DNA of 64,000 nucleotides from a virus (Duplodnaviria > Caudoviricetes). The stretch's first letter is position 1, and every line of letters begins with the position of its first letter. The stretch is from positions 1 to 64,000 of IMG/VR virus record IMGVR_UViG_3300020037_006332; one strand, 5' to 3'. This document shows positions 35,212 through 44,597 of this stretch, one piece after another. A model generated the notes under the pieces. That model worked only from the letters and a program-made list of their open reading frames with translations, was not told where the DNA came from and did no database searches. The position numbers and the translations under genes are program-made.

Positions 35212-35408
35212 GGCAGGAAAATCCGCTCATAGGCGGCTTCAGCGGTCTGTTGCCGCTCGAATTCGGCCAGCTCGGCTAGCTGCTCGGGAGTGTAGACGTA
35301 ATAGGCCCCCTGGGCGTCGAGGATAAGGGAAATCTGCCCGTGCTGGCCCATGACTTGGTAGGGGGCGACGGGCCAGCTTTGGCCAGGGAAAACGAAATCG
35401 TCGCCCAT
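35208..35408 (-). CDS. Small protein, C-terminal tag family
   Basis: Start MGDDF; ends YERIFLP. Confidence 0.55.
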   Translation of the reverse strand: MGDDFVFPGQSWPVAPYQVMGQHGQISLILDAQGAYYVYTPEQLAELAEFERQQTAEAAYERIFLP

Positions 35409-35860
35409 TAGAGTTGCCGGACTGGTACCCCGTCGGTCGGTGCAAAGGACCACGCGAGACAAAGTACCCAAACCACAAACGTCCAGCCGAAAACGATGTT
35501 GATGATAAACAGCATTTGCACGGTGCGGACGCCCCGGACCACGGCGATGATCGTGGGCAGCATGTAGGCCGAAAATCCGATCATGGCACAAATGACTAAA
35601 AACAGCTTGCCCAGCGGGGTGTCGATGCCCCGGACGGGCTCGGCGGCGGCCACGGTGACGGGCTCGGGGAACGGGTCCGGCTGGGGAGCGGTGGTTAAAA
35701 CCACGGCCAGCATGAGTAGGGCCACGGCGGCCACGCCGGCGATGATGCCCACGGTAGCGGCCAGATTGTAGCGTGGCTTGGGCTTAATGCGGTAGATCGT
35801 GTGCCGGGGGACGGCTTGGGGGTTCAGGCCGTCGAATTGGATTGGGGGTTGGTCGGTCAT
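35408..35860 (-). CDS. Superinfection immunity protein (T4 Imm-like C-terminal domain)
   Basis: YMLPTIIA...FIINIVFGWTFVVWVLCLAWS. Confidence 0.75.
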   Translation of the reverse strand: MTDQPPIQFDGLNPQAVPRHTIYRIKPKPRYNLAATVGIIAGVAAVALLMLAVVLTTAPQPDPFPEPVTVAAAEPVRGIDTPLGKLFLVICAMIGFSAYMLPTIIAVVRGVRTVQMLFIINIVFGWTFVVWVLCLAWSFAPTDGVPVRQL

Positions 35861-36219
35861 GGCTTGGCTCTTACGGGTTCGCGGTTGGGGTCGCCAAACT
35901 TCTGCGTGGCGTATTGGACCCACTGTTTTTCGGTTAATTCCAGGATGCCGCCAAAGTGCCTGATAAAAATCCCGGTTCCCGGGCTGGGCTGCTGGCTGGT
36001 GCAGGGCTCCATGAGAAACCATTTTTGGATGGCTAACAGCCAGTCGGCCCGGCATTCCTTGCAAACGTGCAGCGTGTAGGGCTCGCCGGCTCCGCCGCCG
36101 GCAAACGGGACGCCTTGTAACTCGCTCATGTCGTAGCCGCAAGCCATGTGCAGCGTGCGGCCGTCGCCGTCTAGGGCTTGCTTGCAGCGGTCGCATATCT
36201 GGGGCTTAGGTGTGTTCAT
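35857..36219 (-). CDS. Hypothetical Zn-binding protein
   Basis: CDRC...CKEC; first gene after a promoter. Confidence 0.55.
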   Translation of the reverse strand: MNTPKPQICDRCKQALDGDGRTLHMACGYDMSELQGVPFAGGGAGEPYTLHVCKECRADWLLAIQKWFLMEPCTSQQPSPGTGIFIRHFGGILELTEKQWVQYATQKFGDPNREPVRAKP

Positions 36220-36225
36220 GCCCCT

Positions 36226-36254
36226 AGATATAGCCAGCGGTTAATTCCCTGTCA
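36226..36254 (-). promoter_or_regulatory. Sigma70-like promoter with variant operator (CGCTGGC)
   Basis: TTGACA-N17-TATATC. Confidence 0.55.
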
Positions 36255-36339
36255 AGGTTTCAGGGTGGCGGCTCTAGGGCGATAGTGAGCCCGATGACTC
36301 CGCCTAGAATCCAGGTGACCACTAGCACGGCGATGATGA

Positions 36340-36579
36340 TCATGCTTTGGCCTTGCGGGGTGGTCCAGGGCCTTTGGGTGGCACCCCGGAATGACTGGGG
36401 CCGTCGATTTCGCGGGCGTCGCGGGCTACGGCCTGCTCGTAGGCTCGCATCGCTTGCCGCTCGAAAGCGAGCCAATGGCCTCGGGCGTCGTTAAGGGCCC
36501 GAAGCACGTCCACGGGCTTGCGGAATGCTTGCAGGGCTTCCAGCTCGGTCGCTAGGGCGTCTTCGATAGCCTTGCTCAT
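36340..36579 (-). CDS. Hypothetical protein
   Basis: Coupled small ORF. Confidence 0.5.
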   Translation of the reverse strand: MSKAIEDALATELEALQAFRKPVDVLRALNDARGHWLAFERQAMRAYEQAVARDAREIDGPSHSGVPPKGPGPPRKAKA

Positions 36580-37607
36580 GGTCCGCCGGTGGTGGTCGTG
36601 GTGGGGTAGAGGATCATGGTGCCATCGGGATAATTTCCGCCCCGGGCGTCCTTAATGGCGTCTTCGTCGTAGTTGACGGTTTTCGTGAAAACTCGCACGT
36701 CGGCGTCGTAGTATTCGGCTTCGATGCCGGGCGTGTAGTTAATTTTGCAGCGGGTGAACGTGAAATCGACGGTTCCTGAGCCGGAAAAATACCAGTTCGT
36801 GCCTAGTGCTGCAATCCGGGGGCAGCCATACGCTCCGCCCGCATAGACTACCCGCTGGCCGATAACGTCGACTTCGCAATCAGTGAGGGTCGTGGAGCCC
36901 AGTTTGTTGACGGCCACGGTGAGCACTCCGCCGGTGTCCGGGCTGGGCCCGCTGGACGTGCCCAGACTAGTGGAGCCATTGGCGTCGCCATAAAATCGCG
37001 TGCCGCTCACGATGATGGTTTGATCGGCTCCGCCGCCGCCGCCGGCTAGTGAAATGAATTGCCGGCAGAATCGCCCGATGCCGCCGGTCATGGTCACGCT
37101 TCGGGTGGTGTTTTCCCAGCTATAGATGCCCCAGTCGTGGCGGCTGGAGTCGATTTCGCAATTGACTAGCTCCAGCTCGCCGGGGTCGTTGTTCTCGCCC
37201 TTCCAGCCCATTAGGCCGCCGTCTTCATCGGCATCCCAGCAAACCCCGCCCAAATAGAAATTCTCAAAGCGTTGGAACGTCCCCAGACAAAACCCGGGGG
37301 TGGCGTCGCCCTTGGTGTAGCCGTCCAGGGTCGAGCCGTCGATGCGAACGTCGGTGGTCCAGCGGGCGGGGTTCGCTCGGCTGACACTGCGGAACGTGCA
37401 GGACGGGAGGACTAATTCCCGGGAGCGGCCAAAGTCGGCTCGGCCGGCACAGATAAAAACGTCGGTGTCTTCGACTTCATCCCAGAGGCCGGTGAAAACG
37501 GTGCGGATTTGCTCGGCGGCGAGCGTGGGCCGGGGGGAAAGATAATAGGGCGGGTGGACGTTCACCCCGTTGCGGGTGAGCGTGATCGACGATGGTTGGC
37601 GGGTCAT
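36576..37607 (-). CDS. Hypothetical beta-rich protein (possible beta-helix)
   Basis: 343 aa Gly/Thr/Asp-rich; RBS in a hairpin loop. Confidence 0.6.
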   Translation of the reverse strand: MTRQPSSITLTRNGVNVHPPYYLSPRPTLAAEQIRTVFTGLWDEVEDTDVFICAGRADFGRSRELVLPSCTFRSVSRANPARWTTDVRIDGSTLDGYTKGDATPGFCLGTFQRFENFYLGGVCWDADEDGGLMGWKGENNDPGELELVNCEIDSSRHDWGIYSWENTTRSVTMTGGIGRFCRQFISLAGGGGGADQTIIVSGTRFYGDANGSTSLGTSSGPSPDTGGVLTVAVNKLGSTTLTDCEVDVIGQRVVYAGGAYGCPRIAALGTNWYFSGSGTVDFTFTRCKINYTPGIEAEYYDADVRVFTKTVNYDEDAIKDARGGNYPDGTMILYPTTTTTGGP

Positions 37608-37634
37608 AATGCGAAATCCTTTTCGCGGGGTGGG

Positions 37635-37886
37635 TTAGTCCTGTTTCTTACACTTCCCTTGGCAGCAGCTCGTGGGGCTGGACTGTCGCCGAAATCGTTC
37701 GCGGCGGGCCTCCATTGTGAAATCCAGGATCATGTCGTTTACGCGGCTGATGCTGTAGGTGATATCGTCCGGGGTGGCCGTTTTATAGGCGTCCTGGAGT
37801 TTCTGGAGCATGTCACCGATAGCGGCCTCGATGGTCTTGTGCTCGCCTTCGCTGGCGGTGGCTTCGACTTCCTTGTCTTCGCTCAT
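37635..37886 (-). CDS. Hypothetical protein
   Basis: Small ORF. Confidence 0.5.
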   Translation of the reverse strand: MSEDKEVEATASEGEHKTIEAAIGDMLQKLQDAYKTATPDDITYSISRVNDMILDFTMEARRERFRRQSSPTSCCQGKCKKQD

Positions 37887-37904
37887 GGGAGCCTCGGGGC
37901 GGTG
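37887..37904. repeat. 18-bp direct repeat, copy 1 (GGGAGCCTCGGGGCGGTG)
   Basis: Identical to 38714-38731. Confidence 0.9.
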
Positions 37905-37910
37905 CGGTGG

Positions 37911-38708
37911 TTAAAACAGGACTTCCTGAGCCAGTCTGTTGGCGGCAATCTCGCAATAGCGTTCACTGACGTCTATACCGATGGCCTTTCGGCCTAGGTC
38001 TTTCGCGGCCCGAAGCGTGGTTCCGCTGCCCATGAATGGGTCCAGGATCATATCCCCTTCATTCGACCAACTGCGGATGTGGTCCGCCGCAAGTCGCTCT
38101 GGAAACTGTGCCGGGTGCTTTCGGTTTATGCTGCTCATTTCTGGGCTGATTTCCCAGATATTAAAGCGTATGCCGTAATCGCCTAGCGGCTTCCCCTTGT
38201 GTGGCTTTCGGATCAATTCGCCGCCCTTGGTCCTGATGGTTGCGGATTTCCCATTAGCTCCGGCCTTGCGGTTTAGTCGATCCCTGATTGGGTTGAATGT
38301 CTTCGGCTTTCCAGCCGACAGAATAAACATGAATTCGGAGACTGGGCCGTATCTTACGCTCGTTGAGCCTACTGCCGTAAACCCCCCTTTGCTCCATATC
38401 ATTGTATCGTGCAGCCGATACCCTAATTCCTTGAAACGCAACGCCTGTTTGAAGCTGCTGCCGGTTTTATCGCCGTCTTTGGTCTCGTCGTTGACTATCC
38501 AAACGGTAACTCCCCCAGCCGCTAATGCCGTCAACAGCGGGATGGCAATTCCGTCGAAATCCCATTGATATCCGTCGTAATCACGAATGTTGTCGTAGGG
38601 CGGTGAAGTGACGGCAAGGTCTATCGTTGCTGGCGGTAGTCCGGCCACAATTTCCCGGCAATCCCCGTGGTAAATCGTGATTCCTTCGTGCTCATAATAC
38701 GGCTTCAT
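37911..38708 (-). CDS. DNA methyltransferase (N6-adenine/N4-cytosine, beta class)
   Basis: TSPPY catalytic motif before DPFMGSGTT; HPAQFP. Confidence 0.9.
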   Translation of the reverse strand: MKPYYEHEGITIYHGDCREIVAGLPPATIDLAVTSPPYDNIRDYDGYQWDFDGIAIPLLTALAAGGVTVWIVNDETKDGDKTGSSFKQALRFKELGYRLHDTMIWSKGGFTAVGSTSVRYGPVSEFMFILSAGKPKTFNPIRDRLNRKAGANGKSATIRTKGGELIRKPHKGKPLGDYGIRFNIWEISPEMSSINRKHPAQFPERLAADHIRSWSNEGDMILDPFMGSGTTLRAAKDLGRKAIGIDVSERYCEIAANRLAQEVLF

Positions 38709-38709
38709 C

Positions 38710-39768
38710 CTACGGGAGCCTCGGGGCGGTGACGTTGGGGTAGGTCGGGCTTTTGGTGGCGTCGCGGAGCAAGGCAATTACAGCCTGTTCATCGGCCGGG
38801 GTCCAGCCCTGGGGGTTAATTCGGCGGTCGATAAATTCGTCCCGCTGGTTGCTGAAGCCAATCGCCCCGCCCACGTTGTAATGCCGGACCACGCGGGCAA
38901 GGTCGGGCATTCGGCCATTGTGGGCATATGGGGCAGTCTTGGCCAGCTCGGCCCACGTGGCGGTTTTGAAGGCCCGGACGTTGGGGGCGGTGCTGACCAC
39001 GTTGGCCCGGCCTAGGTCGGTGCTGGCTCCCTTGGTCGCCAGCTCCATGCCGTTATTGTGGAAAGCGTAGTCGGTGAAAAATGGGGGCGTGTGGCAGGTA
39101 TAGCAGCGGGCCCGGGTGGTCAACTGGAAGCCGCGTTCCTGCTGGGGCGTGAGGGCCTCCAGGTCGCCCCGTAAACGCTTGTGGAGCGGCGTGTCGAAGT
39201 TCCATACCAGCGTCGTCTGGAAGCTGGCTAGAGCGTGCCCGAAACGGTCCTGGTCGATAGGGCTGAGTCCGTTGGCCTTCATGCCGTACGCTTCGGCGAA
39301 AAGCACGTTGTAGCCGAAATTGCGGCGGAGCCGGTTAATTACGTCCTGGAGGCTTTGGTCGCCCATTTCCAGGTTGTTGGCCACGGGCAGTAGGGCTTGG
39401 TCGGCGAGCCCGATGGTGCGTCCATCGTGGAATAGCAGGGGGCTATAGGCGGCGTTCAGGATCGTGGGGCTGTGGCGGTTGCCGGTGCGGCCCAGAATGC
39501 CCACGGCCTCGGCGAGCGGCTGGGCAAAGCCAAACCGGGGATCGTGGCAGGTGCTACAGCTTACGGTGAATAGCCGCTGTCCGCCCACGTCGACCGGGGC
39601 GGATAGGCGGGGATCGAAAAACAGCTTGCGGCCCAGCTCGACGCGGGGGCCGGTGACCGGGACGTTTAACGGCGGGGCGATAGGGGGCTGGGCTGAAACG
39701 TGTGGCGACACAATCACGGCCCAAACCACGGCTACCGCCGCCGCCGTCAAACCTAGAGCCTGTCGCAT
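38710..39768 (-). CDS. Di-heme cytochrome c peroxidase/MauG-family protein
   Basis: Signal peptide; LGRKLFFDPRLS; CSTCH and CYTCH; NEM and APYAHNG motifs. Confidence 0.9.
   Translation of the reverse strand: MRQALGLTAAAVAVVWAVIVSPHVSAQPPIAPPLNVPVTGPRVELGRKLFFDPRLSAPVDVGGQRLFTVSCSTCHDPRFGFAQPLAEAVGILGRTGNRHSPTILNAAYSPLLFHDGRTIGLADQALLPVANNLEMGDQSLQDVINRLRRNFGYNVLFAEAYGMKANGLSPIDQDRFGHALASFQTTLVWNFDTPLHKRLRGDLEALTPQQERGFQLTTRARCYTCHTPPFFTDYAFHNNGMELATKGASTDLGRANVVSTAPNVRAFKTATWAELAKTAPYAHNGRMPDLARVVRHYNVGGAIGFSNQRDEFIDRRINPQGWTPADEQAVIALLRDATKSPTYPNVTAPRLP
38714..38731. repeat. 18-bp direct repeat, copy 2
   Basis: Identical to 37887-37904. Confidence 0.9.
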
Positions 39769-39821
39769 CCTAATCGCCCTCCGATGGCTAAAGCCGGGCG
39801 GGGCGGTTGGGAGAACGGCCC

Positions 39822-40418
39822 TTAGACCGGCAATCCTAATAGCTTCTTGATGGCCGCCAGAATGATCGGCACGAGTTGCGGCCCCAGCTCATTTGCGAAT
39901 TGTAGCAAAAGATTGACCACGGCCTCCCAGATTGCCGTATCCGGGAGCGTGCCAACAGCTTCGGCCTGGGCAGTGTAGGCCGCCTTGGTTTCGCTGGTGG
40001 CGGGGACGTGGCGGGACTGGAGGGCCTTGGCGTAGCTGTAGGGGTCATGGGCTCCGCGAATGGCCACGGCCTGGGCGGCTCCCATCTGGCCCAGATACTT
40101 GGTGAGCAATTGTAGCAGCAGGGGCAGGGCCACGGGGCCGGCTTCCGCAATCAGCTTGCCGATCATTTCGCTGATGCCGCCCTTGAGGGCGTCCAGGATC
40201 GGGCGGGGCTTGGGCGGGGCGTTGGGGTCGGCCGGCGGGCGGGGGAAGAAAATCCCCAAAGCCTCGACTAGCTCGCCGTCGGTCATTTCGTGCGGTGCTC
40301 GGGTGAAGTCCAGTGGCTCGGCCGGCAGTTGGGCCGGCTCGATGGCTTCGACTTCGGGCAGGTTCTCGTGTTGGTCGTTGGGCTTGCTGTGCTTGGCGTT
40401 CATGTTGCATCGCTCCAT
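39822..40418 (-). CDS. Hypothetical protein with amphipathic helices
   Basis: ORF coupled to the subtilase. Confidence 0.55.
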   Translation of the reverse strand: MERCNMNAKHSKPNDQHENLPEVEAIEPAQLPAEPLDFTRAPHEMTDGELVEALGIFFPRPPADPNAPPKPRPILDALKGGISEMIGKLIAEAGPVALPLLLQLLTKYLGQMGAAQAVAIRGAHDPYSYAKALQSRHVPATSETKAAYTAQAEAVGTLPDTAIWEAVVNLLLQFANELGPQLVPIILAAIKKLLGLPV

Positions 40419-41491
40419 GCTTTGGAATCGGGAAGTGGCACCCCCGTTAGTGTCCAGCGGTGGCCCAGAAAATCAATGGGGCCTAGGGTCTGAGTTTCGC
40501 CGGGCTGGGGATCGGCCGGGAGGGTTGGGATCGGGGTAGTCGGGGGCGGGGCGGCGTCCTGGATGTATTTCAGGGCGTTGACCACGCCATAGCCCCAGTC
40601 TTGGCTGGGGAGGGTTCCGCCGGTGAGCGGCGTGGCGGTGCCGGTCATAAGCCGCTCAAACTCGCCTTGGGTTAATTTCTTGCCGGTCGAACGGAGTAGG
40701 GCGGCGACGCCTGCGATAAACGGGGTGGCCATGCTCGTGCCGTCCAGGTAGGCGTATTTTCCGCCGGGCCAGCAGGATAGCACTTGCACGCCGGGAGCCA
40801 TCACGTCGACCTGGGGGCCACGGCTGGAGAAGCTGGCCACGCGACGCTGTTTGTCGATAGCTCCCACGCCTAGGGCCAGTGAGCCCCATGCGGCCGGATA
40901 TCCGATAGTGCTGATCGTGTGGCCGGTGCGGGGGTCCACGACTTTGCCGTCATTGCCCACGGCACAAACCACCAGAATGCCGGCCTGGATACATTGCACC
41001 AGCTCGGCCTGGATTTCGGGGCTGGGGTCGGGGCTGCCTAGGCTCATGCTGACCACGTGGCACCCGTCCTGGCGAGCGAAGCGGAGCCCTTCGGCAATCC
41101 AGCTCCATGAGCCTGAGCCATCATTGCCCAGCACTTTGTAGATCGCTAGCTCGCACTTGGGGGCCACGCCTTTGATGCCCCGGCCGTTATCGCGGCTGCC
41201 GATGGTGCCGGCGGTATGGGTGCCGTGTCCGTTGACGTCGGTGACGTCTTTGGGGCCGCCGCTAGAGGTTAAATTCCGGGCGACGGCAATGGCCCCCTGG
41301 AAATCCGGGTGATTCGTGTCGATGCCGGTGTCCAGGACTCCCACGCGGCAATTCTCGCCCCGGTAGGTCATGCCCCACGCGGCTTCGACGCCTAGCTCGG
41401 CGATGCCCCACGGGTTGACTTCGCCCACTTGCTGGGCGGTGGCGGTGGCGGAGACGGTAAAGGCGGGTAGCTTCCAGCTCATGGGTGCCAT
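40400..41491 (-). CDS. Subtilisin-like S8 serine protease
   Basis: Triad VLDTGID, HGTH, GTSMATP. Confidence 0.92.
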   Translation of the reverse strand: MAPMSWKLPAFTVSATATAQQVGEVNPWGIAELGVEAAWGMTYRGENCRVGVLDTGIDTNHPDFQGAIAVARNLTSSGGPKDVTDVNGHGTHTAGTIGSRDNGRGIKGVAPKCELAIYKVLGNDGSGSWSWIAEGLRFARQDGCHVVSMSLGSPDPSPEIQAELVQCIQAGILVVCAVGNDGKVVDPRTGHTISTIGYPAAWGSLALGVGAIDKQRRVASFSSRGPQVDVMAPGVQVLSCWPGGKYAYLDGTSMATPFIAGVAALLRSTGKKLTQGEFERLMTGTATPLTGGTLPSQDWGYGVVNALKYIQDAAPPPTTPIPTLPADPQPGETQTLGPIDFLGHRWTLTGVPLPDSKAWSDAT

Positions 41492-41510
41492 CCTTGACGG
41501 GTGCGGTGGG

Positions 41511-41756
41511 TTAGCCGGGTAGCATATCAGTTTCGGGCAGAAAAATCCCCTCCAGTGTGCTGGCGAATTCGCGGCGGTCGAGCATGTCCTGGACGACTTT
41601 GCGAAACTGGTCGGCACCTTCTTGGACTGCCGGCCAGCCGGCATGTTGGATATACCCCGCCGGGCTGTTGACGTATTCCAGCCGGCCATGCTTGAGGAAA
41701 GCCCTCCAGCCGGGGAAATCGGGATGCGTCACGAATTCAGATAGCAGGATGCTCAC
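41511..41756 (-). CDS. Small protein, C-terminal tag family
   Basis: LEGIFLP near the end. Confidence 0.55.
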   Translation of the reverse strand: MSILLSEFVTHPDFPGWRAFLKHGRLEYVNSPAGYIQHAGWPAVQEGADQFRKVVQDMLDRREFASTLEGIFLPETDMLPG

Positions 41757-41906
41757 GGCGTTCGGCCTTCAGGCGTTTGATTTCGCGGGTTAAAACGCGG
41801 GTGCTGCTCACACAAATGCGGCGGACGGCCTCGTGGTAGGTGTTCGGCCGGAGCCGGTATCCCTCGCGGGTCGCGGCGTGGATCACTTTCGCGGCTTGGC
41901 GGAGTT

Positions 41907-42146
41907 TCATGGGGTGACTCCCTTGTTCAGCACGTCCACGGCCTGCTGGATGACGTTCCAGGTCGCTGGCTGCTGGGTGCTTTGCTGGACGTAACTCAAA
42001 ATCCGTAGTGCCTCGTGGATCGCTTCCCCACGCTTCACTGACTCGCTCCAGGCTGCCGCTGCTCTAGCTTCTGCATCGTGGACGGCTTCGCGGTAGCCCT
42101 GTTCTTTGCACTGTCGGCAAATGGCGTCGTATTCGACTAAATTCAC
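41907..42146 (-). CDS. Hypothetical protein
   Basis: Small ORF with CxxC. Confidence 0.5.
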   Translation of the reverse strand: MNLVEYDAICRQCKEQGYREAVHDAEARAAAAWSESVKRGEAIHEALRILSYVQQSTQQPATWNVIQQAVDVLNKGVTP

Positions 42147-42211
42147 GGCTTGGCCCTCTAGGGTTAAAATCCAGCCCCAGCAGCGGCCGGTAGGGCCGTG
42201 GGCACAGATAC

Positions 42212-42607
42212 CTACTCGGGTCGCTGCTGGGGTTCTGGGGTGTCGTGGGGTGCGTAAGCGGCCACCATCGTGGCCTGGATGTAGCCGGCCTTGAAAGCCT
42301 TGGCAATCAGGTCGTGGACGTCGGGGGCGTAGCGGTTGGGGTGTATCTTCTGCTGCTTACACCACTCGGTATAAAGTTCGCTGATCTTCGGGCGTTGTTC
42401 GCTAGTCGGCCCCTGGATTGCAAGCCGTTTAGCCTGCGACCGGGAAACCGCTGGCGGATAGGTCATTTCGATGAGTTTAGCGGTTTTCTCGGTAACGGCG
42501 GGGTGGCTGCTCTCGCTCGCGGCTGCCTCGCATCGCTTGCGAAATTCAGCTCTCTGCTCGGCGGGGTAAATTTCCAGGACTCGGCAGGCTTGGGGTTCCC
42601 AGTTCAT
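42212..42607 (-). CDS. Hypothetical protein
   Basis: Start MNWEP coupled by overlap. Confidence 0.5.
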   Translation of the reverse strand: MNWEPQACRVLEIYPAEQRAEFRKRCEAAASESSHPAVTEKTAKLIEMTYPPAVSRSQAKRLAIQGPTSEQRPKISELYTEWCKQQKIHPNRYAPDVHDLIAKAFKAGYIQATMVAAYAPHDTPEPQQRPE

Positions 42608-42969
42608 GGGCTCGGGGCTCCTAAAAACAGCTCGTCGAACGTCTGTTGGATGTTCATGTCGTGGAATTTCTCTTGCCACGCGGGCGGGAGTTTGTCGACG
42701 AAAAACCACCATGTCTGGACTTCCAGGGCGGTGAGTCGGGCGGCGAGCACAATCTGCCGGCCGTCGTCTCGGCCGCCGTCGTCGTCATAGCTGGCTGTGG
42801 CCAGCAGTGCCATGCGGGGGTAGTTGAAAAACGTGCGTTCATCGTTCGCTGGGTCGCTCGGCGTCCAGTGCTCGATTCGCTTGCTGGGGTAAAGCTGCTT
42901 GATCTTATGGCGTAGGTCCGGGATGTGCTCGACTCGCTGCATGGACGTGGGGCGGTAGTACTGGATCAT
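42604..42969 (-). CDS. Small protein, C-terminal tag family
   Basis: Ends FDELFLGAPSP. Confidence 0.6.
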   Translation of the reverse strand: MIQYYRPTSMQRVEHIPDLRHKIKQLYPSKRIEHWTPSDPANDERTFFNYPRMALLATASYDDDGGRDDGRQIVLAARLTALEVQTWWFFVDKLPPAWQEKFHDMNIQQTFDELFLGAPSP

Positions 42970-43295
42970 GCTCGGCCCTTTCGGCGGCGTCGGCGGCGGT
43001 TGGTGTCCATCGGCTGGGTTCTCGGCTCGGGCTCGGGCTGGACCCCTAGGAAAATCTCGTCGTAGTTGGCCTGGGCGGCGTCTCGGCTAGCCAGCTCATT
43101 CACGCGGCCCTGGATTTGGTCCAGCTTGAGCCGCGATTCGCTGGCCAGCTCGGAATGCTTGAACTGCCGTTCCGCTAGATGGCTGTTGGCTTCGACTAGG
43201 GCCTTGAATAGAGCGTATTTCATGGCCACGGCCACAAAGCAAAATACGGTCAAGCCGGTTAGCCAAACGGTGAGCACGATTTCGATGGCTGTCAC
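42966..43295 (-). CDS. Small TM/coiled-coil protein, C-terminal tag family
   Basis: GTG start; YDEIFLG. Confidence 0.55.
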   Translation of the reverse strand: MTAIEIVLTVWLTGLTVFCFVAVAMKYALFKALVEANSHLAERQFKHSELASESRLKLDQIQGRVNELASRDAAQANYDEIFLGVQPEPEPRTQPMDTNRRRRRRKGRA

Positions 43296-43666
43296 TGGGG
43301 TGCCCCTAGGAAAATGCGTTCCAATGTCTCGTCCAGCACGCCGGGCCGGAATTGGGTGGGCACTTCGTCGGCTTTGAACCACCATGTCCGCACGGCCAGC
43401 ACTTCGCCCTTGACGGTGGTTAGGCGTCCCATGAGGTAATTCGTGCCTATCCCGGTTAGGTTCGGGGCAGTCGCTAAAGCCTCGATTTTCACGCCCCTGG
43501 TCGGTCGCCAAAATTCCAGCACGGCCTGCTTATAGTTGGCCATGCTGGGCGGGCTCCAGTGCAGGATTCTGGCCCTGGGGTAAAGTCTGGTTAGTTGCTG
43601 GTGTAGCTGCTTGGTGGAGGCGTATGGCGTCACGGCTGGCATTCCGCAAATCTCGGTCTGGATCAT
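43292..43666 (-). CDS. Small protein, C-terminal tag family
   Basis: Ends LERIFLGAPQ. Confidence 0.6.
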   Translation of the reverse strand: MIQTEICGMPAVTPYASTKQLHQQLTRLYPRARILHWSPPSMANYKQAVLEFWRPTRGVKIEALATAPNLTGIGTNYLMGRLTTVKGEVLAVRTWWFKADEVPTQFRPGVLDETLERIFLGAPQ

Positions 43667-43844
43667 GGCCCGGGCTCCCGCTTTGGGGGTTCGGGCGACA
43701 ATTGCTCACGGGCCCAGCGGTGCCACTCGGCGTCCCATTTGGCGTCGGGCTCGTCGCTGGCGGGGAGCTGGCTTTCGTCGATGATCTTGCCCACCTTGAA
43801 GTATGGCAATCGCGGGGGCTGCGGCTGGCGTTCGTCGGGCATGG

Positions 43845-44276
43845 CTAGTGGTCCCGTTTCTTGGCTTTCATGGTTTCCAGGATCGTGATTAGCTGCTGCT
43901 TCATGGCTGCCACGGCGGCGGTGATTTGCTCGCCGCTCATGCCCATCATTTGCATCGCGGCCCTGGTCTTAAAGGCCGATTCCGGGTGCAGAATGTTGGT
44001 CGAAACCAGCATAAAACTTTCGTTGGGCGTGGTGCCGGCCTCAAACTCGGCTACGGTCTTCTCCCCCCATGCGTCGGTTTGCTGTTCGGCTTCTTCGCCG
44101 GTCTTGGCCACGCAGATGAGTTTCACGCGGTCGGTATAGATCACGAGCCCGGCCCAGATTTCGCCCCACTTCTCGCGTCCGATTTCCAGGATTTTGCGGC
44201 TATCGCCTTCCTCGATGGCCTGCTCTAGCTTGCTGGTCTTGGAATTGGCAAACCAGCGTTTCAGGAACGTGCTCAC
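43845..44276 (-). CDS. Hypothetical protein
   Basis: First gene after a promoter. Confidence 0.6.
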   Translation of the reverse strand: MSTFLKRWFANSKTSKLEQAIEEGDSRKILEIGREKWGEIWAGLVIYTDRVKLICVAKTGEEAEQQTDAWGEKTVAEFEAGTTPNESFMLVSTNILHPESAFKTRAAMQMMGMSGEQITAAVAAMKQQLITILETMKAKKRDH

Positions 44277-44321
44277 GTCTATTGCCCCCTTTTTTTATAT
44301 AGTTATTTTGGTCTGTCGCTG

Positions 44322-44349
44322 ATTATATAGCGAGCGTACTTAGATGCAA
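44322..44349 (-). promoter_or_regulatory. Sigma70-like promoter with operator
   Basis: TTGCAT-N16-TATAAT with CGCTCGC. Confidence 0.7.
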
Positions 44350-44354
44350 GATGG

Positions 44355-44597
44355 TTAATTCCCGGGCTGGCCTAGGAACGTGTCCTCTAGGGTCTGGTCG
44401 AATAGCTGGCGGCGGGCGTATTCGGCTAAATGGGGCTCAATAATGGCTTTCCAGCCCTCGTCGAGCCTGACCGGCTCCTGGATGCCTGGAATCCAAAGCT
44501 GGTACTGCCGGCCGTGGGTTCCGGTTTCCACGGGGGCGGCAAAGGCGATGCGGGCGGGGTCCAGGAAAACGCCTTTTCCTAGGTCAATGAGGGGCAT
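44355..44597 (-). CDS. Small protein, C-terminal tag family
   Basis: LEDTFLG. Confidence 0.55.
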   Translation of the reverse strand: MPLIDLGKGVFLDPARIAFAAPVETGTHGRQYQLWIPGIQEPVRLDEGWKAIIEPHLAEYARRQLFDQTLEDTFLGQPGN

